Of a stretch of 62,181 nt of DNA, positions 1 to 8,509 are shown piece after piece; the first letter of the stretch is position 1; every line of letters begins with the position of its first letter. The stretch spans positions 1 through 62,181 of the forward strand of contig JANYAP010000017.1 of assembly GCA_025361285.1 (NCBI GenBank), read 5' to 3'. The stretch comes from Bacteroidales bacterium (GTDB lineage: Bacteria > Bacteroidota > Bacteroidia > Bacteroidales > JAAUTT01). Both the position numbers and the translations under genes were made by a program. Below the pieces are notes generated by a model. The model did not search any database, was not told the DNA's origin, and saw only the letters and a list, made by a program, of their open reading frames with translations.

Positions 1-189
1 ATTATCAGCGTAAACGTGTGGTATTCCAAGCGAATCGCGATAAACCTCAACATTGCTCTTTAAGCCTTGTATCGATAGCGGTTTATTATAATCGGGCAAA
101 GCTCGGGAGTTAAAGTGAGCTAAAACATAATAACCTAAAATAGTAATAACGAGTGATGTAATAAAAGTAATAACTGCAATTTTCTTCAT
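1..189 (-). CDS. penicillin acylase (Ntn-hydrolase S45) family protein, N-terminal 63 codons only; gene runs off the left edge
   Basis: Own reverse-complement translation from ATG 189-187: MKKIAVITFITSLVITILGYYVLAHFNSRALPDYNKPLSIQGLKSNVEVYRDSLGIPHVYADN. It has a signal/anchor helix followed by a V-x-V-x-RD-x-x-GIPH-V-x-A motif typical of acylase alpha-subunit starts. Not in the ORF track because it is edge-truncated. Confidence 0.55.
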   Translation of the reverse strand, partial: MKKIAVITFITSLVITILGYYVLAHFNSRALPDYNKPLSIQGLKSNVEVYRDSLGIPHVYADN

Positions 190-230
190 ATTAGGGTTTT
201 AAATTCATTTAAATTAAACCAATAGTTTGG

Positions 231-368
231 TAAATTTTCAAATTATTCAATTTCAACGTATTTGTAATACGTTGAAATACAAAGAAATATAAAATATTTC
301 AACTTGTTTCAATATATTTCAACTTGTTAATAATTAACAAGTTACAAACTTTGTCCGAAGTATTGTTA
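231..368 (+). repeat. Intergenic repeat family A, copy 1 (ATTTCAAC half-sites plus two hairpins)
   Basis: It contains a 13-bp-stem palindrome, ATTTCAACGTATT-TGT-AATACGTTGAAAT. It also has two direct ATATTTCAACTTGTT units, a perfect 23-nt palindrome AACTTGTTAATAATTAACAAGTT, and a CCGAAGTATTGTTA tail. It aligns over its whole length to 36046-36173 and, reverse-complemented, to 60073-60188. Confidence 0.85.
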
Positions 369-494
369 AATACAATAAAAAATAAAATATTTGACGAATG
401 TAGTTGTAAGAAAATATTTATTTTCAAATGAAATAGTAAATTTACTACAATCTGTTAAAAGAACTATTTAAAAAAATTTTTAACCCAAAACTTA

Positions 495-1817
495 ATGAAA
501 CTGTATCTTGTAGGCTTATTTCTTGTAGCCGCATTTTTATCGAATGCAATGGCACAAACCAACGATTCAATCAAACGCTATTCCGAAAAAACCAAAAAGG
601 GCTGGAACTTCGGCGCATTGCCATCAGTAGCCTTCGATACCGATTTGGGGTTTCAATATGGAATTTTAACCAACATATATAATTACGGCAATGGATCTGA
701 TTACCCGCGATATAAGCACTCAATTTACTTGGAATGGGCGCGAACTACCAAAGGCACAGGCAAAAATCAATTATTGTTCGATTCGGAATACCTTATTCCG
801 CACGTAAGGCTAACTGCCGAAGCAAGTTACTTAACCGACAAAGCATTAGATTTTTATGGCTTTAATGGTTACAACTCCTACTATAATAGCGATTTAGAAA
901 CATCGGGCAATGCAGAATATATCTCGAAAATGTATTATAGGTTAGATAGAAAACTAACCAGAATAAAACTCGATTTTCAGGGCAACATAACCGACAAGCG
1001 TCTTCGATGGCTTATGGGCTACACACTATTTAACGTTAAAATTCAACCCGTCGATATTGCATCGTTAAACAAAGGCAGAAACCCAAACGATTACTTGGCC
1101 GACACTTCGTTATACTCAAATTATGTGGCTTGGGGTTTAATACCTGACAACCAAAAAAACGGCGGAACAACCAATTTACTTAAAATAGGAATTATTTACG
1201 ATACCCGCGACAACGAACCCAACCCCATGAAGGGAATGTGGACGGAGGCTATAATTTTATCGTCGCCCAAATTGCTTGGAAACAGCTTTGGATATTCGAA
1301 ACTAGTTATTAACCATCGTCAGTATTTTACGCTTCGCAAGGAAGTGCTAAACCTTGCCTACCGCATTAGCTATCAGGACAAAATAACTGGTAGCATGCCA
1401 TTTTATATGCTTCCGTTTATATTTAGCTCCAACCAAATACGCGATGGTTTAGGTGGCGGAAAAACCCTTCGTGGCATAGCCCGAAACCGTGTTTTAGGCG
1501 AAGGTGTTTTATATGGAAACCTCGAACTACGCTGGAAAGTTATACGGCGAACCATGTTCAACCAAAATTTATATTTGGCTTTGGCGGCATTTACCGACAT
1601 AGGCAAAGTAACGCGAAAGTTTGATATTCAAACCGATAACACCGAAGCGCAAAAATATATCAGTTTAGGTAGTCCCGAGAAATACCACCAAAGTTACGGA
1701 TTAGGTATTTACGGAGCAATGAACCAGAATTTTATTGCATCGGTAAATTACGGAATAGCAGCTAACAAAAACGACGGAACTAGTGGCCTGTATATAGGCT
1801 TAGATTTTTTATTCTAG
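495..1817 (+). CDS. outer-membrane beta-barrel protein, POTRA-less Omp85/BamA-TamA (surface antigen D15) like
   Basis: 440 aa with signal peptide MKLYLVGLFLVAAFLSNAMA-QT. The sequence is Tyr/Gly/Asn-rich and amphipathic, and ends in an aromatic C-terminus ...GLYIGLDFLF. Confidence 0.6.
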   Translation: MKLYLVGLFLVAAFLSNAMAQTNDSIKRYSEKTKKGWNFGALPSVAFDTDLGFQYGILTNIYNYGNGSDYPRYKHSIYLEWARTTKGTGKNQLLFDSEYLIPHVRLTAEASYLTDKALDFYGFNGYNSYYNSDLETSGNAEYISKMYYRLDRKLTRIKLDFQGNITDKRLRWLMGYTLFNVKIQPVDIASLNKGRNPNDYLADTSLYSNYVAWGLIPDNQKNGGTTNLLKIGIIYDTRDNEPNPMKGMWTEAIILSSPKLLGNSFGYSKLVINHRQYFTLRKEVLNLAYRISYQDKITGSMPFYMLPFIFSSNQIRDGLGGGKTLRGIARNRVLGEGVLYGNLELRWKVIRRTMFNQNLYLALAAFTDIGKVTRKFDIQTDNTEAQKYISLGSPEKYHQSYGLGIYGAMNQNFIASVNYGIAANKNDGTSGLYIGLDFLF

Positions 1818-1950
1818 GTAATATGTATTAAAGAAGCCCCTAGTGCATTGTTGATAAAATTTTAAAGCCTCACATACTTCAGCGTGCTGCGGTTTAAAAT
1901 TTTATCACGCCTTGTAGAAGCTTATTTTCTACACATTACTAACCAACTTA
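1818..1950 (+). repeat. Intergenic repeat family B (MITE-like), copy 1
   Basis: It starts directly after the TAG stop at 1815-1817 and ends 6 nt before ATG 1956. The ends GTAATATGTA...TACACATTAC are imperfect terminal inverted repeats. The left about 45 nt and right about 45 nt align to 11791-11977. Confidence 0.75.
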
Positions 1951-1955
1951 AAACT

Positions 1956-4900
1956 ATGATAGAGGAAAACTTTAACTCAGAATCAACCAATTACGAACAA
2001 CTACTTCAACAAGCATACGATAGATTATCGCTTGCTTCCGAGGCAGTGGGCATAGGTTTTTGGGATTGGAAAATTGACACAAACGATGTTGATTACGATA
2101 AACAATTGTGCAATTTGCTTGGCTATTTACCTGGCGAAGTGATCAACACTAAAGCGTTTTGGGAAGAACGTATCCACCCCGACGACAAGCCATCTGTAAT
2201 GAACGCTTTAAAACGCCATTACGAAGGTAAGGATTCTATTTATAAAGTCGAACACCGAGTCCTGCACAAATCGGGGTCGTACGTTTGGATCCTCGACATA
2301 GGAAAAATTATTGAGCGTACTGGATTAAAAGAACCTACAAGAATTATTGGTATAAGCATCGATATAAGCGAGAAAGTAATTACAAACGAAAAAATTAACC
2401 AAAGCGAAGAAAAATACCGCTCCATTTTCGAACATTTAAACGATTCATTTTGCCGATTCACACTTTCGGGGCAAATAATTGAAGTAAACAAAAACCTTTG
2501 TCATCTGCTGGGACTAAAAGAAAAAGACCTGATAAATAACAATATACAACATTTCTTTGATAATAAAACTATTAAGTTCCTACACCGGAGGCTCGCTAAA
2601 ATTCTTGAGCATAAATCCATAACCTTCGAAACCGAAGTACTTATTAGCAAGCGTAAAGTATTGCCTATAAGCATAAGTGCCCGATTAATTACCAGCGCGG
2701 GCGAAGGCATTATTCAGGCGCTTATACGCGACATTTCGGAACTAAAAGCCTACGAAAAGGCCTTATTCGACGAAAAACAGAAGTTTAAAGCGCTACTCGA
2801 ACATTCGCCTAACATTATTTGCAGGTTTGGCCGAAACCTTAAGTGCCAGTATGTCAGTCCTAATGTTTTAAAAACCCTCGGCGTTGCGCCCGATACAATG
2901 GAAGGCAAACGACTTGCAGAAGCCGCCTTTCCCGACAGCTTGGCCATTTTTCTTGAGGAGAAAATGCGTTGGGTATTTCGAAAAAACAAAGAAAACACCA
3001 TCGATTTTTCGTTCGAAAGCACAATAGGAACAAAGTATTTAGAAGCCACAATAGTACCCGAAGTAAGTGCTAGTGGCATTATCGAAACAATACTTATGGC
3101 TATTTCCGACGTAACCGAAAAAACAAATCGCGATAAGGAACTTAATATAAGCAATCAGAAACTTGAGGAAGCCGAAAATACAGTCCATTTTGGCACATAT
3201 GAGTTTGATTTACTAACAAATAAGTTGCATTGGTCGAAGGAGGCGAGCTTAATTTTCGACCACGATCAAACACAAGCTACACCTTCTATCGAGGAATATT
3301 TTACATCGTTCGTTCACCCCGACGATGCCGAAAATGCTTACAAAGTATTTACCGACAGTGTTATATCTGAGAAAAGTTTTACGCACCAATACCGCATTTT
3401 TACTGGCAATGGCGAAACAAAATACATTAGCGATGTTGCCAAAATAGAAACCGACAAACTTCATGGTAAAGCGTCGAAAATGCATGGAACAATTATTGAC
3501 AATACCGAAAAAAAGCAAATTGAAAGCAAAATGTTTGCCGAAATGGATATGCTTCAGGTAATTATGGATAACGTTCCCGATGCGATTTATTTCAAGGACG
3601 CCCACGGATATTACATCAAGGGCAATAAGGCAATGACCACAATGCTAGGGGCTTATAATTCGGAGTTTATTATCGGCAAAACAGCATTCGATTTGTATCC
3701 GAAAGAAGTTGCCGAAGAAATTCAAAACGACGAACTTAGCATATTTACATCGGGCATTCCTATAATAAATAAAGAAACGGAAATAGTTACAGATCATAGT
3801 GTTATATGGTTATCGAACACAATTGTAGGCGTAAAGGACTATTTAGGAAACGTAACTCAATTAGTTGGAATAACCAGAGATATAACCGATTACAAAACGT
3901 CCGAAGTTCAACTACGGGCTGCAAAGGAAAAGGCCGAGCAATCCGACAAGTTAAAATCGGCATTTCTGGCAAATATGTCGCACGAAATTAGAACACCTAT
4001 AAATGGTATACTTGGGTTTGCCAACTTAATGGAATTACGCGACTATACACGCGATAAGCAAATTCAGTACCTACGCATTATAAACCACAGCGGGAAACTT
4101 CTGCTAAACCTTATAAGCGACATAATTGATATTGCCAAAATTGAAGCCGGACAAATAAACATAGAAAACACAAATATCAACTTAACAGCTTTAATTAATG
4201 AGATTTACGAGTTTTATCAAGGCGAAAAAATACGTCGCGACAAGAAACAAATTGAAATAATACCAACATTCCCTTCAGGCGATTACCCACAAACAATTAT
4301 AAGCGACCCATTTAGATTACGCCAAATAATTAACAACCTAATTAGCAACTCGTTAAAGTTTTCGGAAACTGGCTCTATCAAATTTGGTTTCGATATTCAA
4401 GGCAATAATATCGTATTTTTTGTAAAAGATACTGGCATTGGCATGAATGCAACCGATCTCGACCTAATATTCGAACGTTTTAAGCAAGCCGGTTCATCGT
4501 CGAAAAAGAAGGAAGGAACAGGCCTAGGGCTTGCCATCTCGAAAGGTATAATTGAATTATTAGGCGGAACAATATCGGTAAAATCACAGATAGGTGTAGG
4601 GTCGGAGTTTTCCTTTTCCCTTCCTCTAAAATTAAGCCTCAACCCATTGGTAATTAAACCAATTAGAGGAATAAATGCGAATGCTTCAGATTTCGACTGG
4701 AAAGGAAAAACACTTTTACTAGTTGAAGACGAAGAAGTTAACTTTATGTACATAACCGAACTATTTATAACTACCGGAATTACAATAATTAGAACAACCA
4801 CCGCCGAGGAAGCAATAAGAATATGTAAAACAGAGCAGCATATCGATCTAATATTGATGGATATGCGCCTTCCAGAAATGAATGGTTTCGATGCTACACG

Positions 4901-5069
4901 GATAATAAAAAATATACGCCAAAACACTCCAATAATTGCACAAACTGCTTATGCTATGGAAAACGAGCGAAAAGATTGTATAAGTGCAGGTTGCGACCAG
5001 TACTTTACCAAACCATTCGACCAAAATCTATTGTTCGACGTAATGCAAGAATATTTGGAAACGCGATGA
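1956..5069 (+). CDS. multi-PAS hybrid sensor histidine kinase with C-terminal receiver domain
   Basis: Several PAS/PAC-like modules are present (repeated ...HPDD... and ITRDITD / IRDISE / ISDVTE linkers). Kinase motifs: H-box SHEIRTPINGILGF, and ATPase boxes DTGIGM and GTGLGLAISK. Receiver: LLVEDEEVN ... DLILMDMRLPEMNG ... TKP. The track ORF starts at GTG 1884 inside repeat B, so ATG 1956 is preferred. Confidence 0.88.
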   Translation: MIEENFNSESTNYEQLLQQAYDRLSLASEAVGIGFWDWKIDTNDVDYDKQLCNLLGYLPGEVINTKAFWEERIHPDDKPSVMNALKRHYEGKDSIYKVEHRVLHKSGSYVWILDIGKIIERTGLKEPTRIIGISIDISEKVITNEKINQSEEKYRSIFEHLNDSFCRFTLSGQIIEVNKNLCHLLGLKEKDLINNNIQHFFDNKTIKFLHRRLAKILEHKSITFETEVLISKRKVLPISISARLITSAGEGIIQALIRDISELKAYEKALFDEKQKFKALLEHSPNIICRFGRNLKCQYVSPNVLKTLGVAPDTMEGKRLAEAAFPDSLAIFLEEKMRWVFRKNKENTIDFSFESTIGTKYLEATIVPEVSASGIIETILMAISDVTEKTNRDKELNISNQKLEEAENTVHFGTYEFDLLTNKLHWSKEASLIFDHDQTQATPSIEEYFTSFVHPDDAENAYKVFTDSVISEKSFTHQYRIFTGNGETKYISDVAKIETDKLHGKASKMHGTIIDNTEKKQIESKMFAEMDMLQVIMDNVPDAIYFKDAHGYYIKGNKAMTTMLGAYNSEFIIGKTAFDLYPKEVAEEIQNDELSIFTSGIPIINKETEIVTDHSVIWLSNTIVGVKDYLGNVTQLVGITRDITDYKTSEVQLRAAKEKAEQSDKLKSAFLANMSHEIRTPINGILGFANLMELRDYTRDKQIQYLRIINHSGKLLLNLISDIIDIAKIEAGQINIENTNINLTALINEIYEFYQGEKIRRDKKQIEIIPTFPSGDYPQTIISDPFRLRQIINNLISNSLKFSETGSIKFGFDIQGNNIVFFVKDTGIGMNATDLDLIFERFKQAGSSSKKKEGTGLGLAISKGIIELLGGTISVKSQIGVGSEFSFSLPLKLSLNPLVIKPIRGINANASDFDWKGKTLLLVEDEEVNFMYITELFITTGITIIRTTTAEEAIRICKTEQHIDLILMDMRLPEMNGFDATRIIKNIRQNTPIIAQTAYAMENERKDCISAGCDQYFTKPFDQNLLFDVMQEYLETR

Positions 5070-5162
5070 AATTTTAGACACTTCGTGGCAATAAATTCAT
5101 CACAAAAACACATTTACATAATTATTTATTAGCTTTGAACAAAATACGTAAACACTTATAAA

Positions 5163-6470
5163 ATGAAAGAACTCAACAAATTCCTATTTTTTATTGTAAC
5201 AGTCTGCATTATAGCATTTCCCACAAACTCCATCAATGCACAAATTGATGTGAAGGGAAAAATTCGCAATCAATCAATTAACCGAGCCGACCAACGAACT
5301 GGCGAAGGCATCGACAAAGGCTTAGATGCCGTTGAAGATGGTGTGAAAAGTATGTTCAAGAAAAAAGATAAAAAAGAAGCTACTGAAGAAGAAACCGCCG
5401 AAACAACTTCCGAAGAGAATTCCGAAACTACGAAAACTGATAAAAAGCCCGAAACTAAGCAAGAGGTTGCTTTTGCCTCGTATTCGAAATACGATTTTAT
5501 ACCAGGCGAAAAATTGATTTTTTTCGACGATTTTAGCCAAGGCGTTGTAGGCGATTTCCCAGCCCTTTGGAACACAAATGCATCTGGCGAAATTGTTACA
5601 ACTAATCTCTATCAGGGCAACTGGTTCCAAATGAACGGGTCGGGATGCATAGCACTCGATAACGGTATAAATTTGCCCGATAATTACACCATTGAATATG
5701 ATGCGATTGTAAACCCAGTTGAAGAAAATAACACGGCATACGAATATGGTTTTTATCTATATAGCGCCGAAAATGCAAAAGATCTATCCGAAGGCGGTGC
5801 AGTACCTGGCTTGAATGGTGGTATAAAAATGAGTTTTGGTTACAGAAGTACCTATAGCGCTTATGACGAAAGCGGATACACAATAAGCGGAGAAAAGGAC
5901 AATGCCATAATGAAAGCTGGCAAAAAATATCACTTTGCCTTTTGGATACAGAAAACCCGACTTAGAGTATATCTTGATGAAGCAAAGATATTTGATCTGC
6001 CAAAAGTATTTAAAGCTGGGTTTAAAAGCAACCAAATGCGGTTCGAGCTATGGGAATCTGGTAATCCAACAATTACCAATTTTCGAATTGCTACCGGGTT
6101 GCCCGATATGCGCAGCAAACTCATAACCGATGGCAAACTAGTTACTTACGGCATTTATTTCGATATAAACAGCGACAAAGTGAAACCCGAATCGTTCGGC
6201 ACATTAAAAAGTATAGCACAGGTACTTACTGAAAATCCTACAGTTCGTGTAAAAATTTACGGACATACCGATGGTGATGGCGATGCCTCAAAAAACCTCG
6301 ACCTCTCTAAACGCCGTGCAGCATCAGTTAAAAGCGAACTTACAAAAAATTTTAGCATCGACGCATCGCGCATTGAAACCGATGGCAAAGGCAAAACCGA
6401 ACCCATTGCGCCAAACGATACTCCATCGAACAAAGCGCTTAACCGACGAGTGGAGTTTTTGAAATTGTAA
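5163..6470 (+). CDS. OmpA-family protein (signal peptide, acidic/Lys-rich linker, unknown middle domain, C-terminal OmpA peptidoglycan-binding domain)
   Basis: C-terminus reads VKIYGHTDGDGDASKNLDLSKRRAASVKSEL...NRRVEFLKL, the OmpA_C signature. Confidence 0.85.
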   Translation: MKELNKFLFFIVTVCIIAFPTNSINAQIDVKGKIRNQSINRADQRTGEGIDKGLDAVEDGVKSMFKKKDKKEATEEETAETTSEENSETTKTDKKPETKQEVAFASYSKYDFIPGEKLIFFDDFSQGVVGDFPALWNTNASGEIVTTNLYQGNWFQMNGSGCIALDNGINLPDNYTIEYDAIVNPVEENNTAYEYGFYLYSAENAKDLSEGGAVPGLNGGIKMSFGYRSTYSAYDESGYTISGEKDNAIMKAGKKYHFAFWIQKTRLRVYLDEAKIFDLPKVFKAGFKSNQMRFELWESGNPTITNFRIATGLPDMRSKLITDGKLVTYGIYFDINSDKVKPESFGTLKSIAQVLTENPTVRVKIYGHTDGDGDASKNLDLSKRRAASVKSELTKNFSIDASRIETDGKGKTEPIAPNDTPSNKALNRRVEFLKL

Positions 6471-6479
6471 ACTTATTAT

Positions 6480-6516
6480 TTACACCTGATAGGTTTTAAA
6501 AACCTATCAGGTGTAA
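6480..6516. terminator. perfect 18/18 inverted repeat (bidirectional terminator-like hairpin)
   Basis: TTACACCTGATAGGTTTT-A-AAAACCTATCAGGTGTAA lies 10 nt after the TAA of the OmpA-family gene, between convergent ORFs. Confidence 0.7.
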
Positions 6517-6542
6517 CCGAATAAAAACCTAGCTGGCATAAC

Positions 6543-6752
6543 CTATTGTTTTCCCCTATCATGAACCTGTTTCATTAGTTTTCGGTAATACTTCCGATAA
6601 TTTATTTTGCGTTCCCACGTCCATTCCACATTATTTCGATTTTTTAAAACCTTATGCCCACATTCTCGAGCGCTCATCCGCGTATTTGAACACGACAGCA
6701 TAGGGAAAATGATTAAAAACCCGAAACAAACCCAAAAACAATATTTTCTCAT
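6543..6752 (-). CDS. small hypothetical lipoprotein (69 aa)
   Basis: The only evidence is the ORF plus a lipobox-like N-terminus (FPMLSC-SN). The rest is basic. No family recognised. Confidence 0.3.
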   Translation of the reverse strand: MRKYCFWVCFGFLIIFPMLSCSNTRMSARECGHKVLKNRNNVEWTWERKINYRKYYRKLMKQVHDRGKQ

Positions 6753-6829
6753 TTTCCACTTATATGGTTAATAATTGGAGGCATAAATGGTATTTTTTAA
6801 AATTTTAAGCTATTACGCCAATTAGCCTA

Positions 6830-7369
6830 TCAACTTTTTTCAATTTTTTTATGTAACAAACCTGCCTTAACTTCAATTACAAGATTCTGATTAAGAGCAT
6901 CTAATCGAATTAAAACTCGTTTCTTACCCCTATATTCCACAAAAACACCATTTATACCGCAAAGTGCACCTTCAGTAATCTCAACACGCTCGCCAGCAAT
7001 AAAATCCTCGGTACTAATGTCGAATTCGCTACACGAATTTAGCAATATTTTGAGGTTTTCTATTTGCGTCTCGGGAATAATAGCTGGCTTTCCCGAAAAT
7101 TTTACAACATAAACAGCTCCATCAACTTGCAATACATTAATAATCAGTTCGGGCAACGAATAAACAAATAAATACGAATTAAATAGCGGGACTTCCACTA
7201 AGCGCTTACGATCGCTCCATTGGCGTATAGTTTTACGCAAAGGAAGATACACTTGTATTCCATCTCTGGTCATTAACTTCGCTACCTTTTTTTCGCAGCG
7301 CGAGCGCGTATATATGGCATACCAATTGCCACCAATTGCTCCCAAAATGGGCTGATCGTTCAAAACCAT
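6830..7369 (-). CDS. UpxY-family (NusG-like) transcription antiterminator
   Basis: WYAIYTRSRCEKKVAKLM...GIQVYLPL...RQWSDRKRLVEVPLFNSYLFV is the NGN-domain pattern of Bacteroidota UpxY proteins. A KOW-like C-terminus is also present (GERVEITEGALCGINGVFVEY). The track start at 7396 is TTG, so ATG 7369 is preferred. Confidence 0.8.
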   Translation of the reverse strand: MVLNDQPILGAIGGNWYAIYTRSRCEKKVAKLMTRDGIQVYLPLRKTIRQWSDRKRLVEVPLFNSYLFVYSLPELIINVLQVDGAVYVVKFSGKPAIIPETQIENLKILLNSCSEFDISTEDFIAGERVEITEGALCGINGVFVEYRGKKRVLIRLDALNQNLVIEVKAGLLHKKIEKS

Positions 7370-7836
7370 TTTCAAATCATTTTCTATTAGTATCAATCAA
7401 TTTTCGAAGTTAACATTTCCTTCGAAAAAGCCACAACTCAAATTTTAGGTTTTCTTTAATTTAACCGCAGAGAACAACAAAGATTTTAACAACGTGTTTC
7501 TCGAACTCGGCGGTTCTTTGCGGTAAATTAAAAGTTGAAAATTACATATTCAAATCAATATCGCTTCTTTTAATAAAATTATTTGCGCTATCCGTCAAAA
7601 TAAAATGAACCTTGGTCAGTTAGATGGGTTTTTGATTAATGAACGGTTTTGATAGTCGAATATAGCAAATTCGTATTGAAACATCTCATTTTTGTAGACC
7701 AATAGCCCTTGAAATATTTGAATTACAACATGTTAAACAATTTCAGCTATTGAAATTAATAAAAGAAGTTCTATCTTAGCTTCATATTTTCAAGCCATTT
7801 TATAAATAAGAATCGCCTAGAAAACAGATCTTTAAA

Positions 7837-8499
7837 ATGAACAGCACAATAAAAGAGCAAGCATTGCAAACCGAATCAAAAAGGGCAAGAACTTACCCTC
7901 TTACTTTAGTTGAGAAAGAACTTTTAGAGGAAGTTGATGCAGATATAGTTCAATATTTTAAGAGTTTCCCCTTTGTTATGGATCAGAAAGTTCTTTATTT
8001 ATCAACTATTCGCCATTACATTTTCGATTCTGCTACCTTATTCGATATAAATACAATTATTAACCTACGGCTAATCAACCGTATATCTCATATTAACTAT
8101 TTTTTATATAATACCAATAAAATGTTGCCCATGAAGGGCTATTACTTAGGATGCTTCGAAAGTCCATCTCAGCAAAAAAAACGAATCAAATCGTTTCAGC
8201 CGCGCATAATAAGCTCCATTGTGTACTCGTTGCACCATTTTGTGCACCATTTAATACCAAAAATACCAGGTATTAGAGGCCTTTACTTACTTGCCAATAG
8301 CGGAGTTATTAAATGGCTTTCAATAAATGATATATCAACGGTATTGCATAAAAATGGTTTTCTGCTAACCGATACTGTTGGTATTAAAGGCAAAACGTAT
8401 TTCATTGCGCAAAAGGTTAAACTTTGTAAAAAGGAAAATCTGAGTGTCGCAACATTATTATTCGATTACAAACACCATTCGAAAATTGTTAAACTTTAA
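7837..8499 (+). CDS. hypothetical protein (220 aa), first gene of a two-gene unit with the sugar transferase
   Basis: Clean ORF, 10 nt upstream of the next start. No motif recognised. Confidence 0.5.
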   Translation: MNSTIKEQALQTESKRARTYPLTLVEKELLEEVDADIVQYFKSFPFVMDQKVLYLSTIRHYIFDSATLFDINTIINLRLINRISHINYFLYNTNKMLPMKGYYLGCFESPSQQKKRIKSFQPRIISSIVYSLHHFVHHLIPKIPGIRGLYLLANSGVIKWLSINDISTVLHKNGFLLTDTVGIKGKTYFIAQKVKLCKKENLSVATLLFDYKHHSKIVKL

Positions 8500-8509
8500 A
8501 ATATTTGTT

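Noticed and set aside
1884-1955. GTG start at 1884 for the hybrid kinase; similarly TTG/GTG track starts at 7396, 15551, 23647, 49248 and ATG starts at 8444, 17773 and 28286
   Set aside because: These upstream extensions overlap repeats or neighbouring genes, or add non-homologous residues. In-frame ATGs just downstream give N-termini that fit the family or the signal peptide.
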